A stretch of DNA of 34,272 nt, from NCBI GenBank assembly GCA_001724265.1, contig MEDY01000324.1, positions 1 to 34,272 on the forward strand. Direction: 5' to 3'. The notes under the pieces are model-generated. The model saw only the letters and a program-made list of their open reading frames with translations, had not been told where the DNA came from and did no database searches. The position numbers and the translations under genes were made by a program. Shown in pieces: positions 9,473-19,114 of this stretch (positions within the stretch are counted from its first letter, which is position 1; each line of letters starts with the position of its first letter). The DNA comes from Rhizaria sp. SCN 62-66. Its lineage: Eukaryota.

Positions 9473-12322
9473 TTACATACCATCGCCCATCGGCGCCCGC
9501 GGTCCGCCGTTCGGCGCTGAGTAAACTTCATCCCCAAAGTAGCCCCCCTCATCGTCGCTATTACCGCTATTACCGCCGTGGCCGCCGCCGTTGCGCTGAG
9601 CAGGCCTGAACCTACCACCAGCACCAGCAGCAGCGCCGGCGCGGGCAGCAGTGCTCAGCATCATTGCGTAGTCGCCCTGTCCGCCGTAGCCGCGCTCGCG
9701 CTCGCGCGGGTCACGGTTGCGCTCGCGCCCGCGGTCACGGTCGAGGTCACGGTCGCGGTAAGCGCCGCCCCTCTGCATACCCCCCATGCCGCCCATGCCA
9801 TGTCCCGCGAGCGCCTTAGCGCGGCGCCCGCCGGCCTGCGCCTTGCTCTGCTGCGCCTTAGCCGCCGTCGTCGCGACCGCCATGTCGGCGACGGCGCCGT
9901 AGGGGGCCAGCGCACGGACCGCGGAGTCGGCAGCGCGCGCCGTGGCCGCAGATAGCGCGGCCGTGGCGCGCGCCATGCTGTAGCGCTGCGAGGCCTGCAG
10001 CGCCTCGGTCGACAGCGCCTCGGCGGCCGCGCGCGAAAGGCCCAGCGGCGCGGCGCGCGCGGCGGCCGTGGCCGTGGGTGCGGGCGCGAGGACGGCGACG
10101 CCGCCCGCGGCCGCCGCGGCGGATACGGCCGCGGGCGCGAAGTGGACGACGCCCGCGACGGCGTCAAGGCGGCCGCGCAGCTCGCCCGCAAGCAGCATGT
10201 CGGCGAGCAGCGCCTCGACCTCAGCGGCCGCGACGGCGAAGCGCGCGGCGACGTCGGCGAGCGCGGCCGTGGCGTGTGTGGCGGCCATCGCGACCAGCAG
10301 GCCGCGGTGCAGCCCGCGCGCAGAGCCCGCGGCGTGCACGCGCAGCCAGGCGTCGCCCGTGGCGGCCGCCGCATGCGTCAGCGCCTCGCGTGCGACGGCG
10401 AAGCGCGCCAGGTCCTTGCCCTCGAACGCGGCACGCATCTCGGCGGCCGCCGTGAGCGCGGACGTGGGCGCGGCCGCGAACGCGCGCGCCTCGGCGGCCT
10501 GCAGCGGCGACACGGGGTGGCTGCACAGCACCGACGCGAGCGCCGTGGCGGCCAGCGCACGCTTGCCCAGCGCGGGGTCGCCGGCCTCCTGCGCGAGCGC
10601 CACGGCCTGGAACAACGCGCCGTACGCCGCCTGCCAGCGCCCGCAGTCGCCGTGGTAGCGGCCCCACAGCTCCGCCAGCGCTGCCGCGGTCGCCGGCGCG
10701 GGCACCACGAAGGCCAGCGGGCCGCGCGCCGCGGCGTGCAGCGCGGCCAGCTGCGCGGGGCGTTGCTGGGACTGCGCGCGCGCGGCCGCGAGTGCAATGA
10801 TCGTGAGCAACTGCTCGCCGCGGCCCAACAGCGCCGCGCGACGGGCAATCTCGGCCACGCTCATGTCGGCGGCGTCCGCGTCGGCGGCGGCAGAGCTAGA
10901 GCTTGGACTGATCAGAGCAGCAGCGCAGCCGCCGCCGACGAGAGGGGGCAGGTTGGCGCACGTGCGCATAAGGTTCACGAGCGCGACGTCGACGTCTGCG
11001 GCACTGGCGCCGACACTGCTGTCGTCGCTGCCCGCAGCGTCGTCGTTGTCGTCCCGCATCGCCCCGCCCTGCGACAGCGCGGGCGGCGCGCTCTGCTGCG
11101 TGTTCTGCACTGTTTTGGCCGTGCTGAGCAGGCGCTGCACGCGCGCAAGCGAGATGTCGAACAGCACGGCCCAGTGCGAGGGCATCGCCGCTAGCACCAG
11201 CTCCACCGCCGCCAGCGCGCGCCGCGCCACGCCGCCTTCGCCGCTGTTGTTGAGCGCAGTGATGACCGCGGTGAGAGCGCGGCGGCCCTCGTCCAGCCGC
11301 ATCGGCACCAGCGCGGCGACCGGGGGCAGCCCCGCCCGCTGGAATGCGCCGCTCACGGTCGTCGCGCTCACGGTCGATGTCGCGGTCGCTGTCGTGGTCG
11401 CAGGGGCGGCGGCGTCCAAGTCGGCGGCGGCGGCGTCCCCGCCCGCGTGTGTGACGGAGAACGAGTCGATTGACATCGCGGAGAGCAGCAGGGCCAGCGC
11501 GTACGCAACGCCGTTAACGCCGGCCCCGGCGCCGGCGCCGGCAACGGCAACGCGTCCCTCAGCCGTGGGCTCCCAGGCCTCGCCGAGGGCGACGGCGAGC
11601 TCAGCCTGCGCGGCGACGGCCTTACGGTAGACCCCCGCGGCCTCCTCCAGGTCGTTGCGGCCCCCGGCGGCGTCGGCCAACAGCGCGGGCTCCGCGGCCG
11701 CAAGCGCGAGCGCGGCGCGCGCGTGGGCCAGGCGCTGCGGTGCGGCCGCGTACTCGCCAGAGTAATAGAGGTTGCAGAAGTGCGCCGTGAGTGTGAGCCC
11801 GGCGGGCACGCCCAGGGCGGCGAGGCGCGCGCTCGGCCCAGAGGAAGCCGCGCCTAAAGCAGAGGCCGTGAGAGCCGCGCCGGCGCCGACACTGGCGCCA
11901 GAGGAGGCACTCGAGGCGGGCTGTGGGCGCACCGGCGCGGCGGAGCCCCAGTTGGCGCCCTCGTCCAGCTCGCCCCAGTCCGCTCCAGCGCCGCCATCAG
12001 TTGCATCGCCAGTCTCGGTCGAGGCGCCGGCGTTGGCGGCGGCGGCAAACGCGTCGGTGGCGTCGCCGTCAGCGGCAGGGAACGAGGCCGAGGCGCCGCC
12101 CGCGGCCGCGCCGTCGTCGAACGCGTTGTCGAAGCCGGCGTCGCCGCCGCCAGCGGAGGATGTGAAGCCGGTATAGTCGCAAGTCTCGCAGCCGCCGCCG
12201 CCGCACCACGTGCACGGCTCCGAGGCGCCGGAGTCAAATCCGGCGCCGGCATCCGCGGAGGACGATGTGCCGATGCAGGAGTCGCAGCCGGCGCCGTCGC
12301 ACCAAGCGCAGGAGTCGGACAT
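9473..12322 (-). CDS. Divergent COP9 signalosome subunit 2 (CSN2)-like PCI-domain protein, 949 aa, with two N-terminal Cys4 motifs
   Basis: PCI winged helix LADVAARFAVAAAEVEALLADMLLAGELRGRLD. ELWGRYHGDCGRWQAAYGALFQA and LASVLCSHPVSPLQAAEARAF resemble CSN2 ECGGKMH...AHTDFFEA and [21 protein letters not shown]. NLYYS resembles NQYYN. The last codons overlap a possible GTATGT donor, so a further short exon is possible. Confidence 0.7.
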   Translation of the reverse strand: MSDSCAWCDGAGCDSCIGTSSSADAGAGFDSGASEPCTWCGGGGCETCDYTGFTSSAGGGDAGFDNAFDDGAAAGGASASFPAADGDATDAFAAAANAGASTETGDATDGGAGADWGELDEGANWGSAAPVRPQPASSASSGASVGAGAALTASALGAASSGPSARLAALGVPAGLTLTAHFCNLYYSGEYAAAPQRLAHARAALALAAAEPALLADAAGGRNDLEEAAGVYRKAVAAQAELAVALGEAWEPTAEGRVAVAGAGAGAGVNGVAYALALLLSAMSIDSFSVTHAGGDAAAADLDAAAPATTTATATSTVSATTVSGAFQRAGLPPVAALVPMRLDEGRRALTAVITALNNSGEGGVARRALAAVELVLAAMPSHWAVLFDISLARVQRLLSTAKTVQNTQQSAPPALSQGGAMRDDNDDAAGSDDSSVGASAADVDVALVNLMRTCANLPPLVGGGCAAALISPSSSSAAADADAADMSVAEIARRAALLGRGEQLLTIIALAAARAQSQQRPAQLAALHAAARGPLAFVVPAPATAAALAELWGRYHGDCGRWQAAYGALFQAVALAQEAGDPALGKRALAATALASVLCSHPVSPLQAAEARAFAAAPTSALTAAAEMRAAFEGKDLARFAVAREALTHAAAATGDAWLRVHAAGSARGLHRGLLVAMAATHATAALADVAARFAVAAAEVEALLADMLLAGELRGRLDAVAGVVHFAPAAVSAAAAAGGVAVLAPAPTATAAARAAPLGLSRAAAEALSTEALQASQRYSMARATAALSAATARAADSAVRALAPYGAVADMAVATTAAKAQQSKAQAGGRRAKALAGHGMGGMGGMQRGGAYRDRDLDRDRGRERNRDPRERERGYGGQGDYAMMLSTAARAGAAAGAGGRFRPAQRNGGGHGGNSGNSDDEGGYFGDEVYSAPNGGPRAPMGDGM

Positions 12323-13150
12323 GCCTAGAGGTTCAGAGGAGCGAAGACGATGTCAGAGTTCAGAGGTTTTCGAAGCGTGAGCAAAGTGACACGAACGTTT
12401 GATAGAAATATGGTTTACATGCGACAAATTAATTTCATAAACACGGAGTTAATGTCAGACTACAAGAAGTATTGAAGTGCTAGAGACGAGATACGAGTGA
12501 GGTGAGCTCAATTTGGATTGGTGGTCAGAGTTGACCTGAGAATCGCGAAACTTTCACATTGTTGCTAGCGCGAATCTGATCGCAAAGAACCGATTAAGAT
12601 ACAGTGCAGAATTTTATGTTCTGTTTTGTGCCCATCTCGTTAATTATAGTGCCTCAAATTCACGCTGTCGTGCTCAAGTTACTTGTTTATTTGGCCACTC
12701 ATGGCGGTCGCCTCCCAGTTGGCGCCTTGCTCTGTGGCCAGCTCTGCACACCAAGGACAAGCTCGTGTCGATCGCGCATCGCGAGTATACTAGTCGATTT
12801 CACGTATCTATTGTGTTGGTTTAACGTTGTTATTCTTGCCATGTCTTGTGTTATGGTCGTCTTGGTGTATATCCTCTCACTTCATCCTTCGCCCCTGCAG
12901 CCCCGTCAAACACCCTGTTCAAACTCTTTCCTCGCGCACAGACACGCAGCAAACCCTCTAATCTTCATAACACGGCGTTAAGTTACGTCTGTACTTTTAA
13001 ACTTGTACTTTGAGGTCCAACTGCCAAGCCCATTGTTTAGCTCTGCTAAAGGCCTCCGACTTCTCCTTGCCTCCTGCAAACACACTCTACGAACGTCACA
13101 CCGCTGGACGGCTTTTGCTGCTCGAGTGCCGCTGACTCGCCTATATCACC

Positions 13151-15257
13151 ATGCCTCGCGAGCTGATCACCATCCAGGTTGGCCAGTGCGGCATGCAGCT
13201 GGGCACACGCTTCTGGGTACGTCTTTAGCCTCTTTGTTCTCTGCACATCCGATCTCTGCACTGGATGCATGCCGAGTGTTCACGCAATGCGCTGGACCAT
13301 GCGGAACCCTTTTTTTTCTTATGGGTGTACTATCGTGTACTACTAAAGATAGGTATATTTGCACTTATTTGCTCACGCATAAATACTTTGTGTCTCCACT
13401 CTTACTCGCACTTCACTCATCCTTGCACTCACACTTGCACGCCGCTCGTCACTGTATTGAACGGTAACACCAGGACCTCGCGTTGCGCGAACACGCAGCT
13501 GCGATGGAGCAGAACGGCGCCGGGCCGCAGGGCTCGCCGGTGTTTGACGAAGCCATATCATCTTTCTTCCGTAACGTCAAAACAAGCAAGTACGTCCGTC
13601 GCTCAATGTGACGCTTTCCTACCAATTGTGCTCACTTCACTGCAATTTGACTTTCTCCTTGAAATACTCAGATATTTTGTAAAAAATAACGCTAAAAATC
13701 CTGAAAATAACATTTTTATTATCATATGCCATTCGCACTGCACCGCACTCCTGTGCAGGAACGGGTGCGTGGACGTGCCCATCGGCGACGGCACCTCGCC
13801 CATCTACTCGCTGCGCGCGCGCGCCGTTTGCATTGACATGGAGGAGGGCGTGCTGAACCGCCTCATGCGCTCCCCAATGGGCGAGCTCTTCGACAACGCG
13901 CAGTTCGTCAAGGACGTCTCGGGCGCAGGCAACAACTGGGCGCACGGCCACGGCCACTACGGCCCGCTGTACGCCGACGAGATCCTCGAGGCCGTGCGCG
14001 TGGCGGCCGAGAAGTGCGACTCGCTGCAGTCCTTCTTTATCATGCACTCGCTGGGCGGCGGCACGGGCTCCGGGCTGGGCACCTACGTGCTGCACCTGCT
14101 GGCCGACGCGTACCCCGACGTCTACCGCTTCAACACGGCCGTGTTCCCCGCGGGCGGCGGTAGCACCGACGTCGTTACTGCGCCCTACAACTCGGTCCTC
14201 GCGCTCAACCAGTTCCGGCTCTTCTCCGACGCCGTGCTGCCCGTCGACAACGAGGCCCTGGTCGACATTGTGAACCGCATGTACAAGCACAACCACAGCC
14301 CCATCGGCGCGGCCAGCGCGGCGCTCAGCCCCGCGCAGCAGCAGCAGCTCGCCGCCGGCGTTGGCCGCGTGCTTGACGCGGCCGCGATGCCGGACCTGGG
14401 CGTCCCCGCCGGCGCCGACCCGGCCGCCGCTGGTAATAGCGCGACCTCGGCGGCGGCGGCGGCGGCGGCGGCGGAGAAAGCGCAGCGCGGCAAGGCCTTT
14501 GAAGACATGAACGGCATTGCGGCGCACTTGCTGACGTCGCTCACCGCGTCGATGCGCTTCCCGGGCGCGCTCAACATCGATCTGAACGAGATCACAATGA
14601 ACCTCGTCCCGTTCCCGCGCATGCACTTCCTGGTGTCCTCGCTCGCCCCCTTGCACGCTGGCCGCAACGCGCAGCCGCGCTCGCTCGACCAGGTGCGTCA
14701 TGTTGTTATTAGCTTATCCACACACAAAAAATCGAACGTGTATTCATTTTCTCTGACTCATTCCAACCGCTTTTATTTCCTTCGTGCATTTTTAGATGTT
14801 TTCCGACACTCTGTCGCCGCACTCGCAGCTGATCTCGCCCTCGCCCTACTCCGCGGCGTCGTCGACCTACCTGGCGCTGGGTTTCTTCGCGCGCGGGCCC
14901 TCGATCCACGTCTCGGATATGGCGCGCAACGTCGCGCGCGTCAAGGCCACCGTATCGATGGCGCGCTGGAACGCCGACGGGTTCAAGATCGGGCTCTGCG
15001 GCGTCCCGCCCGTGGGCGTGCAGCGCTCCGTGCTCGCGCTCGCTAACAACACGTGCATTGCGGGCACGTTTGAGACGATGCGGGAGCGCTTCCTCAAGCT
15101 GTACCGGCGCCGCGCGCACGTCCACCACTACACAGACTACATCGAGGGCGCCGCCTTCGACGACGCGCTCGAGGGCATCGAGGAGCTGATCGGGGACTAT
15201 CGCGGTGCCGCCACGCTGGCGCCCTCGGAGGAGGCGCGCATGCGCCCGCTCGGCTGA
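13151..15257 (+). CDS. TUBE1: Epsilon-tubulin; exons 13151-13216, 13474-13589, 13759-14692, 14796-15257, ~525 aa
   Basis: [14 protein letters not shown]..., [82 protein letters not shown] and [14 protein letters not shown] are epsilon-specific. All three introns are GT-AG and frame-consistent. Confidence 0.95.
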
Positions 15258-15635
15258 GTACAGGAAAAACAATGAAAATGTGATCGAATTTGCAACGCAT
15301 GCCTCGCTGGGAGGATGACAGTTACAATTGCATCGTGGATATCGACTCAACGATCGCATAGTAAATTTAGCGCAGTAAGTTTGATAAGTCTTGTATGAAC
15401 TCATCATGTGATTTGTGGTTATCTAGTGTGATACATAATTTGTTTTGTGTTTTTTCGTGTGGCCCCCTTATGTAACTGAAATAACTGAAATAGGCTACCT
15501 CCTTGTGCTTTGTCTCAGGTATCCCGGTGCAAGGTCGATTTAAGTTTTAAATAATTAAATTTGAATACGTCAATTGTTAATACTCACTGTTCTTTGTTTT
15601 CTAACTTGATATATTCCTGCAATGACATGATCTAG

Positions 15636-16615
15636 ATGGGAGGCCGTCTGTCATAGCAAGAGCGCCTTAAGATCCGCGAACTCGTCGCACCGGCCGCACT
15701 GTCTTAAATATTGCAAACGAACTTAAAGTCTCGGAGTCAAGCGTTCGGCGTTACCTTTGCCCCGGCCAGCCTGTGAAAGATCGTCGTCCTGTGCGGGGCC
15801 AGGGGCGCAAGCACCTCGTCCCGAACGAGCGCTTAGACGAGTTCGCCGCCATCGTGCTCCGCGAGCGCGCGCTCCCCGACACCGAGAAGCACAAGGTTGT
15901 GATGCGGGAGATGAGGATTAAGCTCTCTTTCGCCGTCTTCCGCACCGCGTGCAAGCGCGCGAAGGTCCGCCAGCGCGACCCCGCCTTAGTGCTGCGGCGT
16001 ACAACGCGCGGCCGGCGCCGCATGGCGTTCGCGCGCAAGTACCGTGCGCACGACTGGGACAGGACCATCTTCACCGGCGAGCGGGTCTTTGGCATCGGCT
16101 ACCGCGGGTACGGCGTTCACTACCGCGTTGGCGAGCGACCCACAATGGCGGATCTCGGCTGGCCCGAGGTCGGCCCCAGCGTTGCCGTGTGGTGGGGCGT
16201 CTGCAAGACGCGGCGCCTCGTCCCCGTCGTGTACGCACCGCCGCTCACCAGCGCGAGCTACACTGCGGTTCTTGAGCGCGGCCTTTCCGGGCCTGCGCTG
16301 GGCGGCTACGTGCTGCAGCACGCCAACGCGCGGGACCACACCGCGGCCGAGACGCAGCGCTACCTCAAGCGCCGCCGCATAGCCACGCTGCCCGCCTGGC
16401 CCTCGGGCTCGGGCAACCTGAGCCCCCTCGAGCCGGCGTGGGCGCAAATCTCCGACGCGGTGTCCACGGAGCAGCCGCAGACGGAGACCGCGCTCAAGCG
16501 GGTCGTGCTGCGCAAGATCGGTGAGTTCGACCAGGAGCGCGTGGCCGAGCTGGTGGACGCGCTGCCCGCGCGGCTGAGCGCGGTGCGGCGCAAACGGAAC
16601 GCGCCGGGGCAGTGA
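15636..16615 (+). mobile_element. IS630/Tc1-mariner (DDE_3)-type transposase remnant or domesticated derivative; catalytic DD35E changed to G-A-35-E; 5' stop and frameshift
   Basis: N-terminal HTH GRTVLNIANELKVSESSVRRYL; RRMAFARKY..DWDRTIFTGE, VAVWWGV, LTSASYTAVLE, YVLQHANARDHTA, WPSGSGNLSPLEPAW, LVDALPARLSAV follow Tc1 motif order. ATG15636 hits TAG at 15654 and needs a -1 shift near 15683. No terminal inverted repeats found by eye. Confidence 0.85.
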
Positions 16616-16952
16616 ACGTGTTAAGCTCTCTGCCATTGTGATCTAGGTCTGTTTTTACTTGGAGTCGATAATGGAGAGGTGTACGAACCAAATGTTCCAA
16701 TAACCCTATGTGCATGTTCGTGTTGTAAGTTGCACTGAATTAGCAAGAATGATTGTTTATGTACAAATAGTATCAATACAAACATTATAATCAACTGAAC
16801 TACTGAAGAAATGATGATTTGATCTGGGATCATCACGAGAAAACCTAAATCTAAATACGAACTCAAACAAGCGCGCAACAACGGTTGACAGACATGAACA
16901 CACAGTTCCGCTGACTTCTGTTGCTTTTTTGGCGTAGTGTCACCACTGGTGC

Positions 16953-19114
16953 TCACCTGTTGCGGTCAGTCACCGTGGCCCCCAGCGGGCCCATGCCGGC
17001 CGCCCCGGTCAGCGTCGGCAACAAGCTCTGGCTCTGACAGTGGCGCACCTTGCTCCTGCCCTCGCCGCCGCCACCGCCACCGCCAGTGCCGCCGCCACTA
17101 CTTTTGCCCCGCGCGCCGACGCCGCTGCCGTCCTCGTCCTCTTCGTCCCCGTCGCCGTCAGCGCCATCGCGCTGGTCTGCGTCCGCGGCGCCCGCGCGCC
17201 GGCCCTCCTCCTCGTCGTCGTCGTTCGCACCGCCGCCGTTGCCGCCGTCGTCGTCGTCGTCGCCCCGGGCCGCCGCCTCCGCCGCGGCCGCCTCGGCCGC
17301 CGCACGCGCCACGTCAATGCCAGCCGACGAGGCCGCCGCCGCGGCCGCCGCCGCGACGATGAAGTCAAGCCGCAGCTCGCCGGCGGGCCCCACCGCGGGG
17401 AAGGGGATGTGCACCACGAACACGCCCGCGTCAGCGGTGTAGTAGACGGCGTGGCCGCGCCGCCGCAGCACCACGGGGCTGTTGCGCGTGAAGGTCCCCG
17501 CGATGTTGACAAATTTGGCCACGAGCCGCCCGCGGTGCCAGAGCTTGAGCTTGCCTTCTGACCCGAGCGTGATGATGTCCTCGCCGTCGTTTTCAGCAAG
17601 CACCGCCAACACCACGCCCTGGTCGTGCGCCAGGAAGCGCCACACCTCGGCGCTCCCGGCCTCGGCCGCAATGGCGCGGATCGACCGCTCGGACCCGCCC
17701 GCCCAGGCGTCGCCTGCGTGGCCCACCGCTGCGGCCGCGCTCGCGGCGGTGGACGAGCCCGAGCCCGGCGGCGCGGCGAGCGGGCCCAGCTCCTCGCGCG
17801 CCTCGCGGTACAGCGGCGCGTCGCCGGGCCCTGCGACCGAGGCCTCGGGCGGACCAAGGCGCGCGCGGACCTCGTCCAGCGCGGCGATGGGGCAGAAGTC
17901 GCGCACGCACACGGTGGCGGCGTTGACCACGGCCACCGCGCGCGCGCCCGCAACGAGCAGACACGTCACGGGCTCCTCGGGCGAGAAGGCCGTAAAGCAC
18001 GTGGGCGCCTGCGTGGCAACCGAGGCGAGCGTAAAGCAACGCGCGCCGGCCAGGTGTGGGTGCATCCAGCCCAGGCGCTTGCCGTCGAAATGCAGCGGGC
18101 GCGCGCCGGCGGGGATGTCGAGCTGCGAGAGGATGAACTGCTTCTGCTGGAAGGCGTCGAGCACCACGCACGCGTAGGGATCGCACGGCACCAGCAGCGC
18201 GGCCACGTGCTTGTAGTGCAGCGTCGTCGTCTCGGCGCACAGCCGGTCCGAGTGCGGGCGCTGGAACTTCATGTTGAGACACGACGACTCGGACAGCGAG
18301 AGTGCGAGCTTGATGGTCAGGTCGCCGATTACGGCGATCATCGTGCCCGGGCGGATCGGCGAGTTGGCGGGCACCTCGGCGCCCGCGGAAACAAGGTGCA
18401 CGCCGCGCACGCCCTCGTCCGCGCGCTCGCAGATGACTTTGACGGGGTAGTACTTGGGCGGCAGCGTCAGCGGCACCGGCGGCCCGGCAGCGGTCAGCGA
18501 TGACACCGACGCCGACGCGGCGGACGTGGCTGCGTGGAGGGAAGATGCCGACGCCGACGCAGACGCAGACACAGCACTGCCCTGCTCAGACTGCTGTTGT
18601 TGCGGCTGCTGTCGCGGGAGCTGCGTGGGGCGCGGGGGCGTCCAGCGACAGGCGGGCCGCGCGCAGTCGAAGCGCAGCGGCAGCGCGCGGCCCTGCACCG
18701 CGGCGGCCGCGGCGGCTGCGGAAAGGTGCGGCGCCAGGTTCGAGATCACGTGCGGGATGTACCAAGCCAGGATCTTGCCAGTCGCGGAGCCGGTCACCAG
18801 CGCCACTGGTGGGTTGGAGGAGACGAAGCAGCAAGCAATGAGAAGAGTGTAAAAGATGAGACAGCGTTCAGAGTGAAATCTTTTGTGATTAAATCGGATC
18901 TTAGATACAATCAACACGGAAAAAAAGATATATTCGCACAACATCATGAACTCAAAACATAGTGAGTTCCTCAGTTACACATTGAATATAGCTGATTGAT
19001 TGCGATAATTGTGTTGCGAAACGTACGGCGGCTGTGGCTGACGTCGAAGGCGGTGATGGGGTCCGTCGAGCTCGTGGGCACGGCGAGAAAGTTCAGCAGC
19101 ACAGGGCAACTCAT
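16953..19114 (-). CDS. WD40/beta-propeller-like protein of unknown function; exons 19114-19027 and 18805-16953, ~646 aa
   Basis: Phase-1 GTACGT...CAG splice yields PITAFDVSHSRLALVTGSATGKILAW. A second WD-like blade reads AHDQGVVLAVL...IITLGSEGKLKLW. Acidic/Gly-rich tail. Confidence 0.7.

Noticed and set aside
13193-13195. GQCGMQ instead of GQCGNQ in epsilon-tubulin
   Set aside because: This position is hydrophobic in alpha-tubulins, so a substitution is tolerated; the GGGTGSG GTP-binding motif is intact.
16805-16918. ATGATGA...CTGA with a short GAAG/CTTC stem resembling a box C/D snoRNA
   Set aside because: No recognisable rRNA-complementary guide or C'/D' boxes; such motifs occur by chance in AT-rich spacers. 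An Infernal/snoscan run would settle it.
15260-16950. Terminal inverted repeats or a Fanzor/TnpB partner for the transposase
   Set aside because: No convincing inverted match between the flanks and no RuvC/zinc-ribbon ORF nearby; neighbours are host genes.
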